Positions 14,969-25,500 of a stretch of 64,000 nucleotides of DNA are shown piece by piece (within the stretch, counting starts at the first letter, position 1; each line of letters begins with the position of its first letter). Source of the DNA: the human T2T-CHM13v2.0 reference genome, Homo sapiens; NCBI RefSeq assembly GCF_009914755.1, contig NC_060925.1; one strand, written 5' to 3'. The position numbers and the translations under genes are program-made. The notes below the pieces were generated by a model. It ran no database searches. It saw only the letters and a program-made list of their open reading frames with translations, and was not told the origin of the DNA.

Positions 14969-15939
14969 ACTTCCTAAGTTAATATAAAGTTTATTTTTAT
15001 GCCTATTTTTTGTTGACTCTTGCTAGGGTATAAGCCCCATGAAAGCAGGTGTACCCACTGATGCATTCCAAGCACCTAGAACCATGCTTGGCACGTATGT
15101 ACACAATGAATGTTTGTTAAATGTTCAATGAATGGTGTCTGTTCCTCTGCGTTTAGGTTGTTGCCTGTCCTCGGGGTGTGGGTATTAATCTCATTCCTAA
15201 TTTACATTCTTTTCTCTTTTAACAGACCGTAACACTCTATAAGGGCTGTTAGCATGCCTTTTTATTCACCACCATATTGCTCAGTGCCTGGCAAGGAGCT
15301 GATGTTCAATAACTGTATGTTAAGTGAATGAGATGAGACCATATTTGAGCTGGGATCTGAAGGATACATAGTATTTTGCCAAGAAAAGAAGGAGGGGTAG
15401 AGCACAAAGGCAGAAGAAAATACTGTGTGGTAAAAGAGAAGGATAAATGAGACTGCAGTGAAACTATGAGTCCCCTGAAGCTAGGTCCCACCCGATTTGA
15501 CCTCTAGTCTATTTCTCATAGGACATAACTGGTGATTCCATTTGCCGTACCCTCTGCACATGCTTGTTGAATGAATGAATGTCAAAAGAGTGTGTAATAC
15601 ATGAACTCATATATGGCTTTTTTTGTGGGGAAGCAGTTGGGTTAGATAAAATCAATAATAACTCTTGCTAATTGAGAAAATCTTATACATACAAACCCAG
15701 AAATATTTGTTAAAGTATTGAAAAATAGTAAAATGTAATATTTTTGAGCATAACAAAAGCTAGTTCAATTTGTCACATAACTTGCAATCAGAGTAGAGTC
15801 ATTTATAGTCTTATGTTGCCTTCCTGCCCATTGTATGCCCAAGAGAATGCGGCAAAATATTTAGGGTCAACCCTGAAACTTAGACCAAATCTTAAAAGGG
15901 AAAGAGACTAATTTTTAGGTCAAGGGGAAAGAAGAATGA

Positions 15940-16250
<311 letters not shown>

Positions 16251-16989
16251 GAGCCATGCATTTTTCAAAGGGATAATGAAAATCAACAGCAAGACAGCAG
16301 AGTAGTGAAATCCATGGTACAAACACAATTTTTAAAGAAAATTAACACAAATTACTATTTGTAATTTAATCTTTAAATTTAATAATGCTTTAAAAATCTT
16401 GTGTCTTTTCTATAAGCTTGTAAACCAGATATTAAAATTTCAAGGAAAAAAAATCTATTTAAGCCTTTCATATCTTAAGCCGTAAGAAATATTCAGTGAC
16501 AGGAAAATAGAGCACTTGTATGACTTCTTGTGCTTTCCATTCACATAGTGGTTTAAAAAAACCCCAAAATCAAGCCCAATTACCTTATCTTTAATTATAT
16601 TTAGCAGTAGAGTTTATTAATCGTCTATGCAAAATCAATCTTTTCCTTTGCCCAGTTCTGTATGAAAGTACTAACAAATAGTGAATATTTTGTGCAAATA
16701 ATGACTCATAAAAATGTAGACTCAGCCATAGATTTTAATTTATATGCCTTGAATCTGACAACTGTACAAAAATAATGTGAAAAATAAAGCAATACTTGAG
16801 ACATGAAGCAACCCATTTTTCCTGATTTGGCATCCTGTTAGCAGGGAGAAGTCTGTGGTGCTTCATATAGGCAAGAGCTTGGCACGGCCTTAACCATGCA
16901 TAGTCTTGCATAGGTCCATTGATACCTTCAGTTCTTCAGGTGGATCATTTTCAGCTCTGGAAGCATTGTGCGCTTTAATCAGTCATTCT

Positions 16990-17730
16990 TACTTTTATGT
17001 CCTGCCATCTCTAGTTGTGGAATTTTTCTGGCTAGAGCCTAGTGGTTCATTTTGCATGAGTTGCGAGCCTCCCTCATTGCCATCTCAGCCAGTGAAACTG
17101 ATTTATCACCCAGAGTGATCACATGCCCTTCAAGTATTTTATGATAGTATTCACATGTATATATATTCACACACACACACAAATCAGATTTTTTCCTGAC
17201 TCTTTATCAGGCACGTCCAAGAATGCTGAAAGTTTATTCCTAGCCCTTCCAGCAGGTATGACTGTAGTCTGATTTCCAAAAGTCTGAAGAACCTGTTTGA
17301 TCACTTCTGAATGGGAACAAGACGCAGCGGTTCCTGGGGGTTTCTCCTTGTAGGATGTATGGCTTTCACATTTGAACCACCATCTGCCATCACCCAAACT
17401 GTATATTCAGAAAGTGGCTTATGTTTTTCCTCTGGCACCAGGGTTACCATTTATAGCCACACACTCGATAATGGTGACATTCTTTCAAAGATCCTAGTGT
17501 AGCATCAAGGAGGTCAGACAGTGGTATTTTCTGCTAGTACCTCTCTGAAGCTTGGTTATTTCCTTCAGAATATCCCAGAAGATAACCTGGTCTGCCACAT
17601 CGACATGTCCTGCAGTAATTTTCTGCACAGTGGGGCGGGCAATCTTGAGGTGAGAGAGCATGTGGCCATTTATCGTCTCCCCTGGAGGTTCCTTCTAGGC
17701 TTGGCCTGTGGCCTTCTTGTGGGCACTGCT
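16990..17730 (-). pseudogene. BPNT2P1: Processed pseudogene of BPNT2/IMPAD1 (Golgi PAP phosphatase), CDS-derived portion, 5' truncated and frameshifted
   Basis: Minus-strand translation gives fragments [99 protein letters not shown]. These are colinear with recalled IMPAD1 (...[33 protein letters not shown]...MNHQALVRKLPDLEKTGHK) with no introns and multiple stops/frameshifts. AT-rich DNA to the left (toward ~15.6 kb) may derive from the 3'UTR; that boundary is uncertain. Confidence 0.88.
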
Positions 17731-17787
17731 GTGGCAGACCCACTGCCTCCTTACCCCACTAGACCTCAGGCCTTCATGTGAGTTTTC

Positions 17788-18508
17788 CTTTTTTTTTTTT
17801 TTTTAAAGAGCTTTATTGGAAGATAGCTCACATACCATAAAATCCACCCATTTAAAGTGTACAGTTCAGTGACTTTTAGTATATCTACAGATATGATTCA
17901 CCTATCACCACCACCAGTTTTAGAATATTTTCATTGCCTTCAAAAGAAACCCCACCTTTTATTCATTGCTGCCCTCTCTCCCCAAGAAACCACTAGTCTA
18001 CTTTGTCTCTGTAGATTTCCCTATTCTGGGCTTTCATATGAATGGAATAATACAATATGTGGTATTTTGTGACTGGCTTGTTTCACTTAGCTTCATGTTT
18101 TCAGGGTTCATCCACATTTGGCATTTATCAGTATTTCATTCCTTTTTATGGTCTATTGTATGGACAGACCACATTGTGTCTATCCATGCATTTGTTGACA
18201 GATGTTTAGGTGGTCTCCTCTTTTGGCTATTGTGAATAATGCTGCTGTGTACATCGGGGTACAAGTTTTTGTGTGAACATATGTTTTGTGTGAACATTTC
18301 ATTTCTCTTGGTTATATAACAAGGAGTGGAATTGCTGGATCATATGTAACTCTGCTTAATCATTTGGGGAACCACCAGACTGTTTTCCAAAGCAGCTGCC
18401 TCGCTCTACACTCTCAGCAGCTGTGCCTGGTGGTTCCAGTTTCTCCAGATCTTCATCAACACTTGCTGATCTGACTTTTCGATTCTAGTTATCCTAATGG
18501 GTGCAGAC
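17788..18508 (-). mobile_element. L1MB-type 3' fragment
   Basis: polyT then gagctttatt...cataccataaaatccacccatttaaagtgtacagttcagtg...gaattgctggatcatatg...ccagactgttttccaaagc. Confidence 0.85.
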
Positions 18509-18522
18509 TCATGTAGATTTTC

Positions 18523-18814
18523 TTTTTTAACTGTTAAATTTTGTGGGTGCATAGTAGATGTGTATATGTATGAGGTGTGTGAGATACAGCAAACAGGCAT
18601 ATGATGCATAATAATTGATACAGGCATTCAGTGTGTAATAATCACATCAGGGTAAATAGGGTATCTGATACCTCAAGCATTTATCTTTTGTGTTACAAAT
18701 AACCCAATTGTATTCTTCTAGTTATTTTAAAATGTGTATTTAATTATTGACTAAAGTTACCCTGTTATTCGGTCAAATACTAGAACTTATTCTTTTTTTT
18801 TTTTGTACCCATTA
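18523..18814 (-). mobile_element. L1MA-type 3' fragment
   Basis: ttttgtgggtgcatagtagatgtgtatat...aataatcacatcagggtaaat...cctcaagcatttatc. Confidence 0.8.
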
Positions 18815-19154
18815 TCATGTAGGTTTTAAAAGATTTTGGGAAGGATTTTCCCCTTTGTAATAGTTTTTTAATGCAATGTACACATTTTGGGCATTCTCTT
18901 TCCTAGCATCTGTAAAAGCATGACTCCTAAGAGGTCCTCTTGCCTGTCACAATAATGAAATTTCATTGTTTGTTAACCAAAAAATTTCATTGAATAAAAC
19001 CAGTGTGGAATACTTTTGTGAAATGTGCGAGTTGAAGGGAGGAAGGGGTGTGGGGAGAAGCGGGGCAGTTGGCATAGCTCCTGGGGTGTTGGTCTCCTCC
19101 AGGAAACTGCTGTGATTCTCTTCCATGTGTCTGACTGGTCTGTTTGCCTTTCAG

Positions 19155-19305
19155 GAGGACTGGCGTTAGCCCAGGTGCTCTTTTTCTACGTGAAGTACTT
19201 GGTGCTCTTTGGCGTGCCTGCTCTGCTCATGCGCCTGGATGGACTCACTCCACCCGCCCTCCCCCGCTGCGTGAGCACCATGTTCAGTTTCACCGGGATG
19301 TGGAG
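19155..19305 (+). CDS. HHAT: Internal coding exon of hedgehog acyltransferase (MBOAT family), about residues G286-R336; 151 nt, phase 1 in, phase 2 out
   Basis: Translation (G)GLALAQVLFFYVKYLVLFGVPALLMRLDGLTPPALPRCVSTMFSFTGMWR matches the recalled human HHAT protein. Flanked by branch-like CTGAC (19131-35), pyrimidine tract and CAG acceptor (19152-54), and AG|GTCAGG donor (GT at 19306-07). CpG/GC content is higher than the flanks. Confidence 0.96.
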
Positions 19306-19689
19306 GTCAGGCGCTGGGATTGCTAAAGTTGGTCAGGCATGTCCAGTGGGAGGAGCATGGCTGGGCCGGCCTCAAAGGGTTCGGGCTACTATCCTCTCCC
19401 TGTCTCTCACTCAAGCTGCATTTGGCATCCATTTCTTCATCCTACTAACAGGATGACTAATCCATGCTTTCTGGGTCTCTCACAATTATGATTAGTCTGT
19501 GTAGATAGGTGAGATAAGAAAGTTTCTTTCTGAGTCTGTGTACCGATGCACAAAGGGTTATGTTTGAAGTGGTTTCTTACTAACCTGGGAAAGGCTACTG
19601 TATCTTGATTTATTTAATTGCTTTCTCTTTTTCTTGAAAATGACATCAGTGTATGTGAGACTGTTAAGAAAAATAGACTCAGGATAGGA

Positions 19690-19860
19690 GGTTAGGCCAG
19701 TGTTGCAGTATACTATTTACTAAATCTAAGTTTCATTTTTCTTATCTCTTAAACAGTAGTAAAGATAATCCCTGTCTCCAGGAGTTGTTTTGAAGATTAA
19801 ATAACCTAATGCATGTAGAGCAGGTGGTATATAATAGATGTTTACAAATGTTAGCTTTAA
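19690..19860 (+). mobile_element. MIR fragment
   Basis: ataatccctgtctccaggagttgttttgaagattaaataacctaatgcatgtagagc. Confidence 0.55.
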
Positions 19861-20158
19861 AACTTGTGTTATTCCTATGCTCTGTGGACATGATAGATAC
19901 TTTTTTCTGAAATTTTCTTTCTTTTCTAGATTTTGACCCATAGTCTTATGGTTGGTGTGGAGTCTCTTTTCCTTAGTCCCCCTGCCATTTCAGATTGTTG
20001 TTTTCTACGTGATGGACTTGTTGCTGTGTTCCTCTTATCGCTTCCAGAGTGTAACAAGTGACAGGATTGAGTTTGCAATTGAAAACCTAATGGAAGAACC
20101 TCAGGGTCAGCACTGGCACAACCATAGGAGTCGGTGCCTTATTCATGTGGCTCATTCC

Positions 20159-20267
20159 TTTTTATTTTTTAATTTTTGAGACAAGTTCTCACTATGTTTC
20201 CCAGGCTAGTCTCAAACTCTGGGCTAGATCCTTCCGCCTCAGCCCCCCAGTAGTTGGGATCACAGGC
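20159..20267 (-). mobile_element. FLAM / Alu monomer
   Basis: tttttgagacaagttctcactatgtttcccaggctagtctcaaactc...gggatcacaggc. Confidence 0.8.
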
Positions 20268-20500
20268 TTATTCATTCTTAAATTTCATCTCTATAGGCAA
20301 AAAAACCAAGACACAGGTAGGGGAAGAGCTCAATAAATACTGCCATATCTAATGTTGCCATTCAAAAGGAGGTAGTTAGCACTCAACATCCTGATTTTTC
20401 ATAGTAACTTATTACAGATGCTGAATTTATCAAAGCCTCTCTAAATACATTTTATTTTTGGTCTAGTTTGCTTCTTGGAGTAAGAAATTTCATATGGTTA

Positions 20501-20813
20501 TTGCAAGGAATTGCAAGGAATGAATTGCAAGGAATTGCAAGGAATGAATTGCAAGGAATTGCAAGGAATGAATTGCAAGGAATTGCAAGGAATGAATTGC
20601 AAGGAATTGCAAGGAATGAATTGCAAGGAATTGCAAGGAATGAATTGCAAGGAATTGCAAGGAATGAATTGCAAGGAATTGCAAGGAATGAATTGCAAGG
20701 AATTGCAAGGAATCGCAAGGAATCGCAAGGAATGAATTGCAAGGAATCGCAAGGAATTGCAAGGAATTGCAATTGCAAGGAATTGCAAGGAATTCAAGGA
20801 AGGAATTGCAAGG
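20501..20813. repeat. Minisatellite/VNTR: 8 perfect 24-bp units TTGCAAGGAATTGCAAGGAATGAA (20501-20692) followed by degenerate 10-bp units (TTGCAAGGAA/TCGCAAGGAA)
   Basis: Read directly from the sequence; periodic peptides appear in five ORF frames. Confidence 0.98.
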
Positions 20814-23479
20814 TTTCTTTTTGAAAGAAACCCTTCAAAAGGTGGGGTTTCTTTTGAAGGTAATGACATTGCAAGGAATGTTGAGTAGTTACTCTGATTT
20901 GTCCTTACTTCATCAAATATCACACGTTGCCCTGTTTTCATGGCAAGATTGCGGAATGTTGGCAAAGAGGTGCTCTCTAACTAGAAGGCCAGGGAGTGGT
21001 TTTTGTTGAAAAGGTGACCCTGGTTGGAAGGTTCTGTTAACTTTTGATTTACTCATCAAAGTCACTTACTGAGTCAATGGGTTGGGACCCAGCATGATTT
21101 GGGAACATGTCACAAGTGTCTGGTGTGAACCTTGCACAGTCCCTCTGCCTACTCAGTGTGAATGCTTGTACTCTTGCATTTCTTGGGAAGCACATACCCC
21201 TAAAAGGCTTCTCCCATATTGGCTGGCATGATAAAACCATAACTCCCTGGCACACATGCTGGTTTCTGGGTCCATGTCCATAAATACCAACCCACTGTGT
21301 CACCAGAGGCAGTTTCGGCAGTTGACTATATTTCATATTCAAAATGATTGTCTTGTCCTTTATTTTAATAATTTTTTTTTTTTGTCCAAGGAAGACCTTC
21401 AGTTCTATATCAACCACAGAGGTGGAGAGAACATGTCTGTCAAGACCTTTGTCACTGTCTTGATTAGAACTAGACTCATATAGTTGAGACCCCAGGCTGC
21501 TGAAACAGTCTCTCCTCTCCCTCATTTAAGACAAATGTGGACAAAAGAGTAGTAATGAAAAGTTAATCTGAGGAGGAAGCTCTGGGGTGACCCCTTGGAA
21601 TGATGTCGTTCTAAAAAGAGGTGTTTCTGAGGGCATGTGACAAAGTAACAAAGAGGGCCTTTCCTGGGAGTGACCTAGACTTTTATCCTAGCTTCTTTAG
21701 CATGCATAGGTGTAGGTTTTCCACTCCACATTTTTAGGTTTCTTGAAGGATTTTCCAGGCTACTAATTATACTTAGAAACACACAGGTCTTTGTACAGAA
21801 TGGCCATTCCATACTAAGTAGTTAAATTTAGGTATGGAGATGAACTTTTTCTGAGGCAGTGTACAATGTAAGACTCAGAAGTAGTTTTTTAATTGAAAAA
21901 AAAGAATAACAATTAGAGTGTCTCTTTTGTGTGATTTGCAGATGCTCCTTTACTAGTAGGAGGAGGTTGACCATGTTTCATGTTCAGTATCTGGTGGCAT
22001 AACCCTGACACTGGTCCTGGTCTCATTCTCTAACTTTTCTCTTTAAGAATGCTTGTTAAAGGAAACTAGGTTTTGAATTTGTAATTTCTATTAACAGCTA
22101 ACCTTACTTTTTCTGGGCCATCTGTTGAAGTATTGCTGCAGACAGGGAATGGCTCTCTTCCTAGATTTAGGTTTGAGACAAATTTAATCATGAGCAGATG
22201 TGAATGCTGGTGATGCAAATTATTCTGCTGGGTCATGTCAGCTATTCACATGGTGACATAAAGGGCATGGTGGATGGGAAGTGGAGGGAAGAAATGTGAA
22301 AACAATCTCCAGAGATGACTTAATGCTTACCTGAACTTCTCAAAGATCTACGCTGAATGAGGTTTAGAACTGCTGATAGAGGAATATTTAGCCACCCCCC
22401 ATTTTAATGGAGCCATACCCTCCTGAACACCATGTTGACTGATTGCATCATCTTTCAGCCTACTTAGCATTGAGAGACTTGAAGTCAGCAGCCTGCCGTA
22501 TCAGAGGAATATGAGCTCTACAGAGAACAGATAAAATTGGCCATTACCAGAGAGAAAATCTTCCTTGCCATGCTAGTTCAAATTGACTGTGAAAAATTGC
22601 AATTCACCAAGAAGGCCCAAACCTGAAAGTTAGAACCTGATGGGTTTGTTTTTCTTTCCTCTTAAATCTTCTTTTTCATATAATTTCTGCTCAGATTGTT
22701 TACAGATATAACAAGACTCCAAGGAGTACGTGTATTCCCGCTTGCATGATTTTTCTGGGGTCTTATGGACCTGAGAAATTGATAATTTTCTGCTTAATTT
22801 TTGGATTTCACGTTTTAATTTAGATGGGCTGAGATCTGTAATGAGCATTTTTTGCCAGGAGTCATTAAAGATGACGTTGTATGTCTAAGACTCCAAATTA
22901 GAGACCTGATCCTATTTTCGTGATTTGATTTCTAGCTATGGAAGCAAAGCGATAGAATTTCCCATGGTGGCTGGTGAGTTGTGGGTCAGTTTCAATTATT
23001 TCAGGAATCCTGCACAGCTTGCCCTCTGCATTTCTTGAATTATGATGCTTTCAGGTGTTCAGAGGCAAACTCATGCATGATTGCTTATCCCAGGGGGATC
23101 TGGGTGCTGTTGGTGGCTGCTAGACCTTAATATATAGGAGTATCTTTAGGCTGAGAATGAGGAGGAATCTGAGCACCTTCTTTTAGTGAGGCATTGATTG
23201 CATGGGCTTTTAGGTCAATAGAATAATTTAGGTCCCTAGGTAGAGAGTTGGTTCAGCATGTTAGATGATAAATCAGTTCTACAAACTGCTGGCTTTGCAT
23301 TAGTACTGCCTTTGAATCATGCTTAACCACCAGTTGCAGGACAGGATGGTGGTCCTGGAGTTGGTGAAGTATATTATCATGTCTACTGGGATTGTTGGGT
23401 AGAAGGCTGGAATAGGGTGAGCATAAAGAAGAAAAGGTCAAATAGGTGCTGTTAATAAAATACTGCTTTTTTTTTGGCA

Positions 23480-23655
23480 GCAGTCTAGTGACTAAGCGCT
23501 GGCTACCTACTAGTTATGTGACTTTGGACAAATAATTTAAATTCTCTGGGCCAATCTTTTAATCTCTGAGGAGAATACTACTACTTTGCCTCATAGGGGT
23601 GCTATGAGGATTGAGCGAGCCTGGCGTATAGTAGGTCCTCAGGAAGTGGTAGTTT
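23480..23655 (+). mobile_element. MIR
   Basis: tagttatgtgactttggacaaataatttaaattctctg...cctcataggggtgctatgaggatt. Confidence 0.65.
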
Positions 23656-24280
23656 CTTAGTACTTTTTCTTTGCTTGAAAATCAAACAAAGCCAGAGGTG
23701 ACTGAGAGGTCCTCCTGCTAATGGGCTGGGTAGGGAGGAAGTGAGCAGTGATGGGACTGGCTGATGAAAGGCTCAATTTCAGCTCTGCACCGGAGATGTG
23801 ATGATTCTGAGATAGAGACTATGGTGGAAGCAGTATGGGCTGGACCTTCAGAGGAGTGGCCTTGGTCTTGTCATTTTTGTCTGTTTCCTTATGTGAGAGG
23901 AGGACTGAGGTGTTAGATGAAAACTAGGAACACCATCTTGTCACTAGATGATGCCTGTGTTCCCCTCTACTTGTCTGTTAGCCCCAGCCACATTGAAGGG
24001 AGATGACCACCAGGATCCCTGTGCTAAAGTACATCCACCCCGACAAATCTCCTTATTCCTCAGTTTCTTGAGGCATTAAAATGGGGCTGATCATAGTACT
24101 CATCTCACTGGATTGTTGTAAGGGTTAGGTAAGATCATGTACTAAAGCACTGGATACACGGCAGGCATGCTGCAGAGATACCAAAATATAAATGATTAAC
24201 TGATCATTACATAATTATATAAATAATGATTAATAATCATTACAAATAGAGTAAAATTTATGCCATTTGTTCGTTTGTGG

Positions 24281-24747
24281 TTTTATTTATGAGACAGTGT
24301 CTCGCTCTGTCACCCAGGCTGGAATGCAGTTTTGTGATTATAGCTCATAGTGGCCTCTACCTCCTGGGCTCAGGTGATCCTCCTGCCTCAGCTTCCCAAG
24401 TAGCTGTGACCAGAGGCACACACCACCATACACAGCCAATTTTTTTTTTTAAAGTTCTGGGATACATGTGCTGAATGTGCAGGTTTGTTATATAGGTATA
24501 CATGTACCATGGTGGTTTGCTGCAACTATCAACCCGACTTCTAGGTTTTAAGTTCCGCATGCATTAGGTATTTGTCCTAATGCACTCCCTCCTTTTCTCC
24601 CCACACCTGGCTAATTTTTAAATTTTTTGTAGAGGAAGGGTCTCTACTGTTTTGGCCAGACTGGTCTTGAACTCCTGGCCTCAAGCAATCCTCTCACCTT
24701 GGCCTCCCAAAGTGCTGGGATTACAGGCATGAGACACTGTGCCCAGA
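24281..24747 (-). mobile_element. AluJ interrupted by an L1PA 3' fragment
   Basis: Right arm ~24281-24439, left arm ~24603-24747; outer TSD ccatttgtt(c/t)gttt. Confidence 0.88.
24440..24602 (-). mobile_element. L1PA (PA7/PA8-like) 3' end nested in the Alu middle A-rich linker
   Basis: polyT aagttctgggatacatgtgc...ctaggttttaagttccgcatgcattaggtatttgtcctaatgc. Confidence 0.88.
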
Positions 24748-25371
24748 CCCACCATTTGTTTGTTTTTTAATTTCTCAGAAAAGAAAGACCCGATAGGGTG
24801 CTAAGTGTTGAAGTAGATGGAAGGTAGAAGAGGTGAGTGACAAAAGGTGAAAGACGGATTTCAAATTAGACGCATGGGAGTCCCCTGAATCTGCCCCAGT
24901 ATGACCTCTCCCTCACTGCTCACAGAGCTCTTATTCATTCATATAGCTTTGCAAGCAGTTTCCAGCCACTAGACATTTATATTACCTCACATTTTAGGTA
25001 CCTACCTTAGTCAATCCCCCTCTCTCATAGTCCCATCTCAACAAACTCAAAAGATATTTTCTTTCTTGTAACATTCATATTTTAAAATCCCCTTTCCTTT
25101 TCCTTCAAACATAGACTTCCATAGATCAAAGTGGAAAGGGACTATCAAGTTAAAGCAAATTTTACGAACCATCATTATGTTTCGCTTCCTGGATTTATTT
25201 TTGCTTCACAGATAGTGTGTCCTCTTCTCCATTTTCTCCCTGTGTGGAAGATTTTTTTTGGGTGCCTTTACTATTGACAAGCTCTTGGATGAGTTTTAGA
25301 GTAAGAAGCAATCTGATGTAAGAAGCACCAGACATTTTCAGATGGAAGATGTTGATCACCAGTCACCAGAA

Positions 25372-25500
25372 CATAGTGTTTGAGGCCACAGATCTAGAGC
25401 CTGAACTGCCTGGGTTTGAATCCTGGCTCCAGTACTTATTAGCTGATGACCTCTCTGTGCCTTCGTTTCCTTCTCTGTAAGATGGAGATACTATAAATGG
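25372..25500 (+). mobile_element. MIR
   Basis: ctgcctgggtttgaatcctggctcc...ctctctgtgccttcgtttccttctctgtaagatggagata. Confidence 0.75.

Noticed and set aside
15606-15624. ctcatatatggcttttttt as the polyA/TSD end of the BPNT2 retrocopy
   Set aside because: Similarity to the TCATGTAG motif is weak, and I cannot verify 3'UTR homology without an alignment.
17167-17397. 76-aa ORF with IMPAD1-like peptide as a functional micro-protein
   Set aside because: It is a fragment of a frameshifted pseudogene, enters the correct frame only partway, lacks catalytic motifs and ends in a microsatellite.
19025-19456. 143-aa ORF as a standalone gene
   Set aside because: Only 19155-19305 matches HHAT and is bounded by splice sites; the rest is chance intronic read-through starting at GTG.
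20452-21009. ORFs in five frames with ELQGIARN / FLAIPCNS / ELQGMNCK repeats, and a superficial CRISPR-like look
   Set aside because: An artefact of a stop-poor 24-bp tandem unit. There are no unique spacers, no cas genes and no splice or promoter context, and the DNA is a eukaryotic intron.
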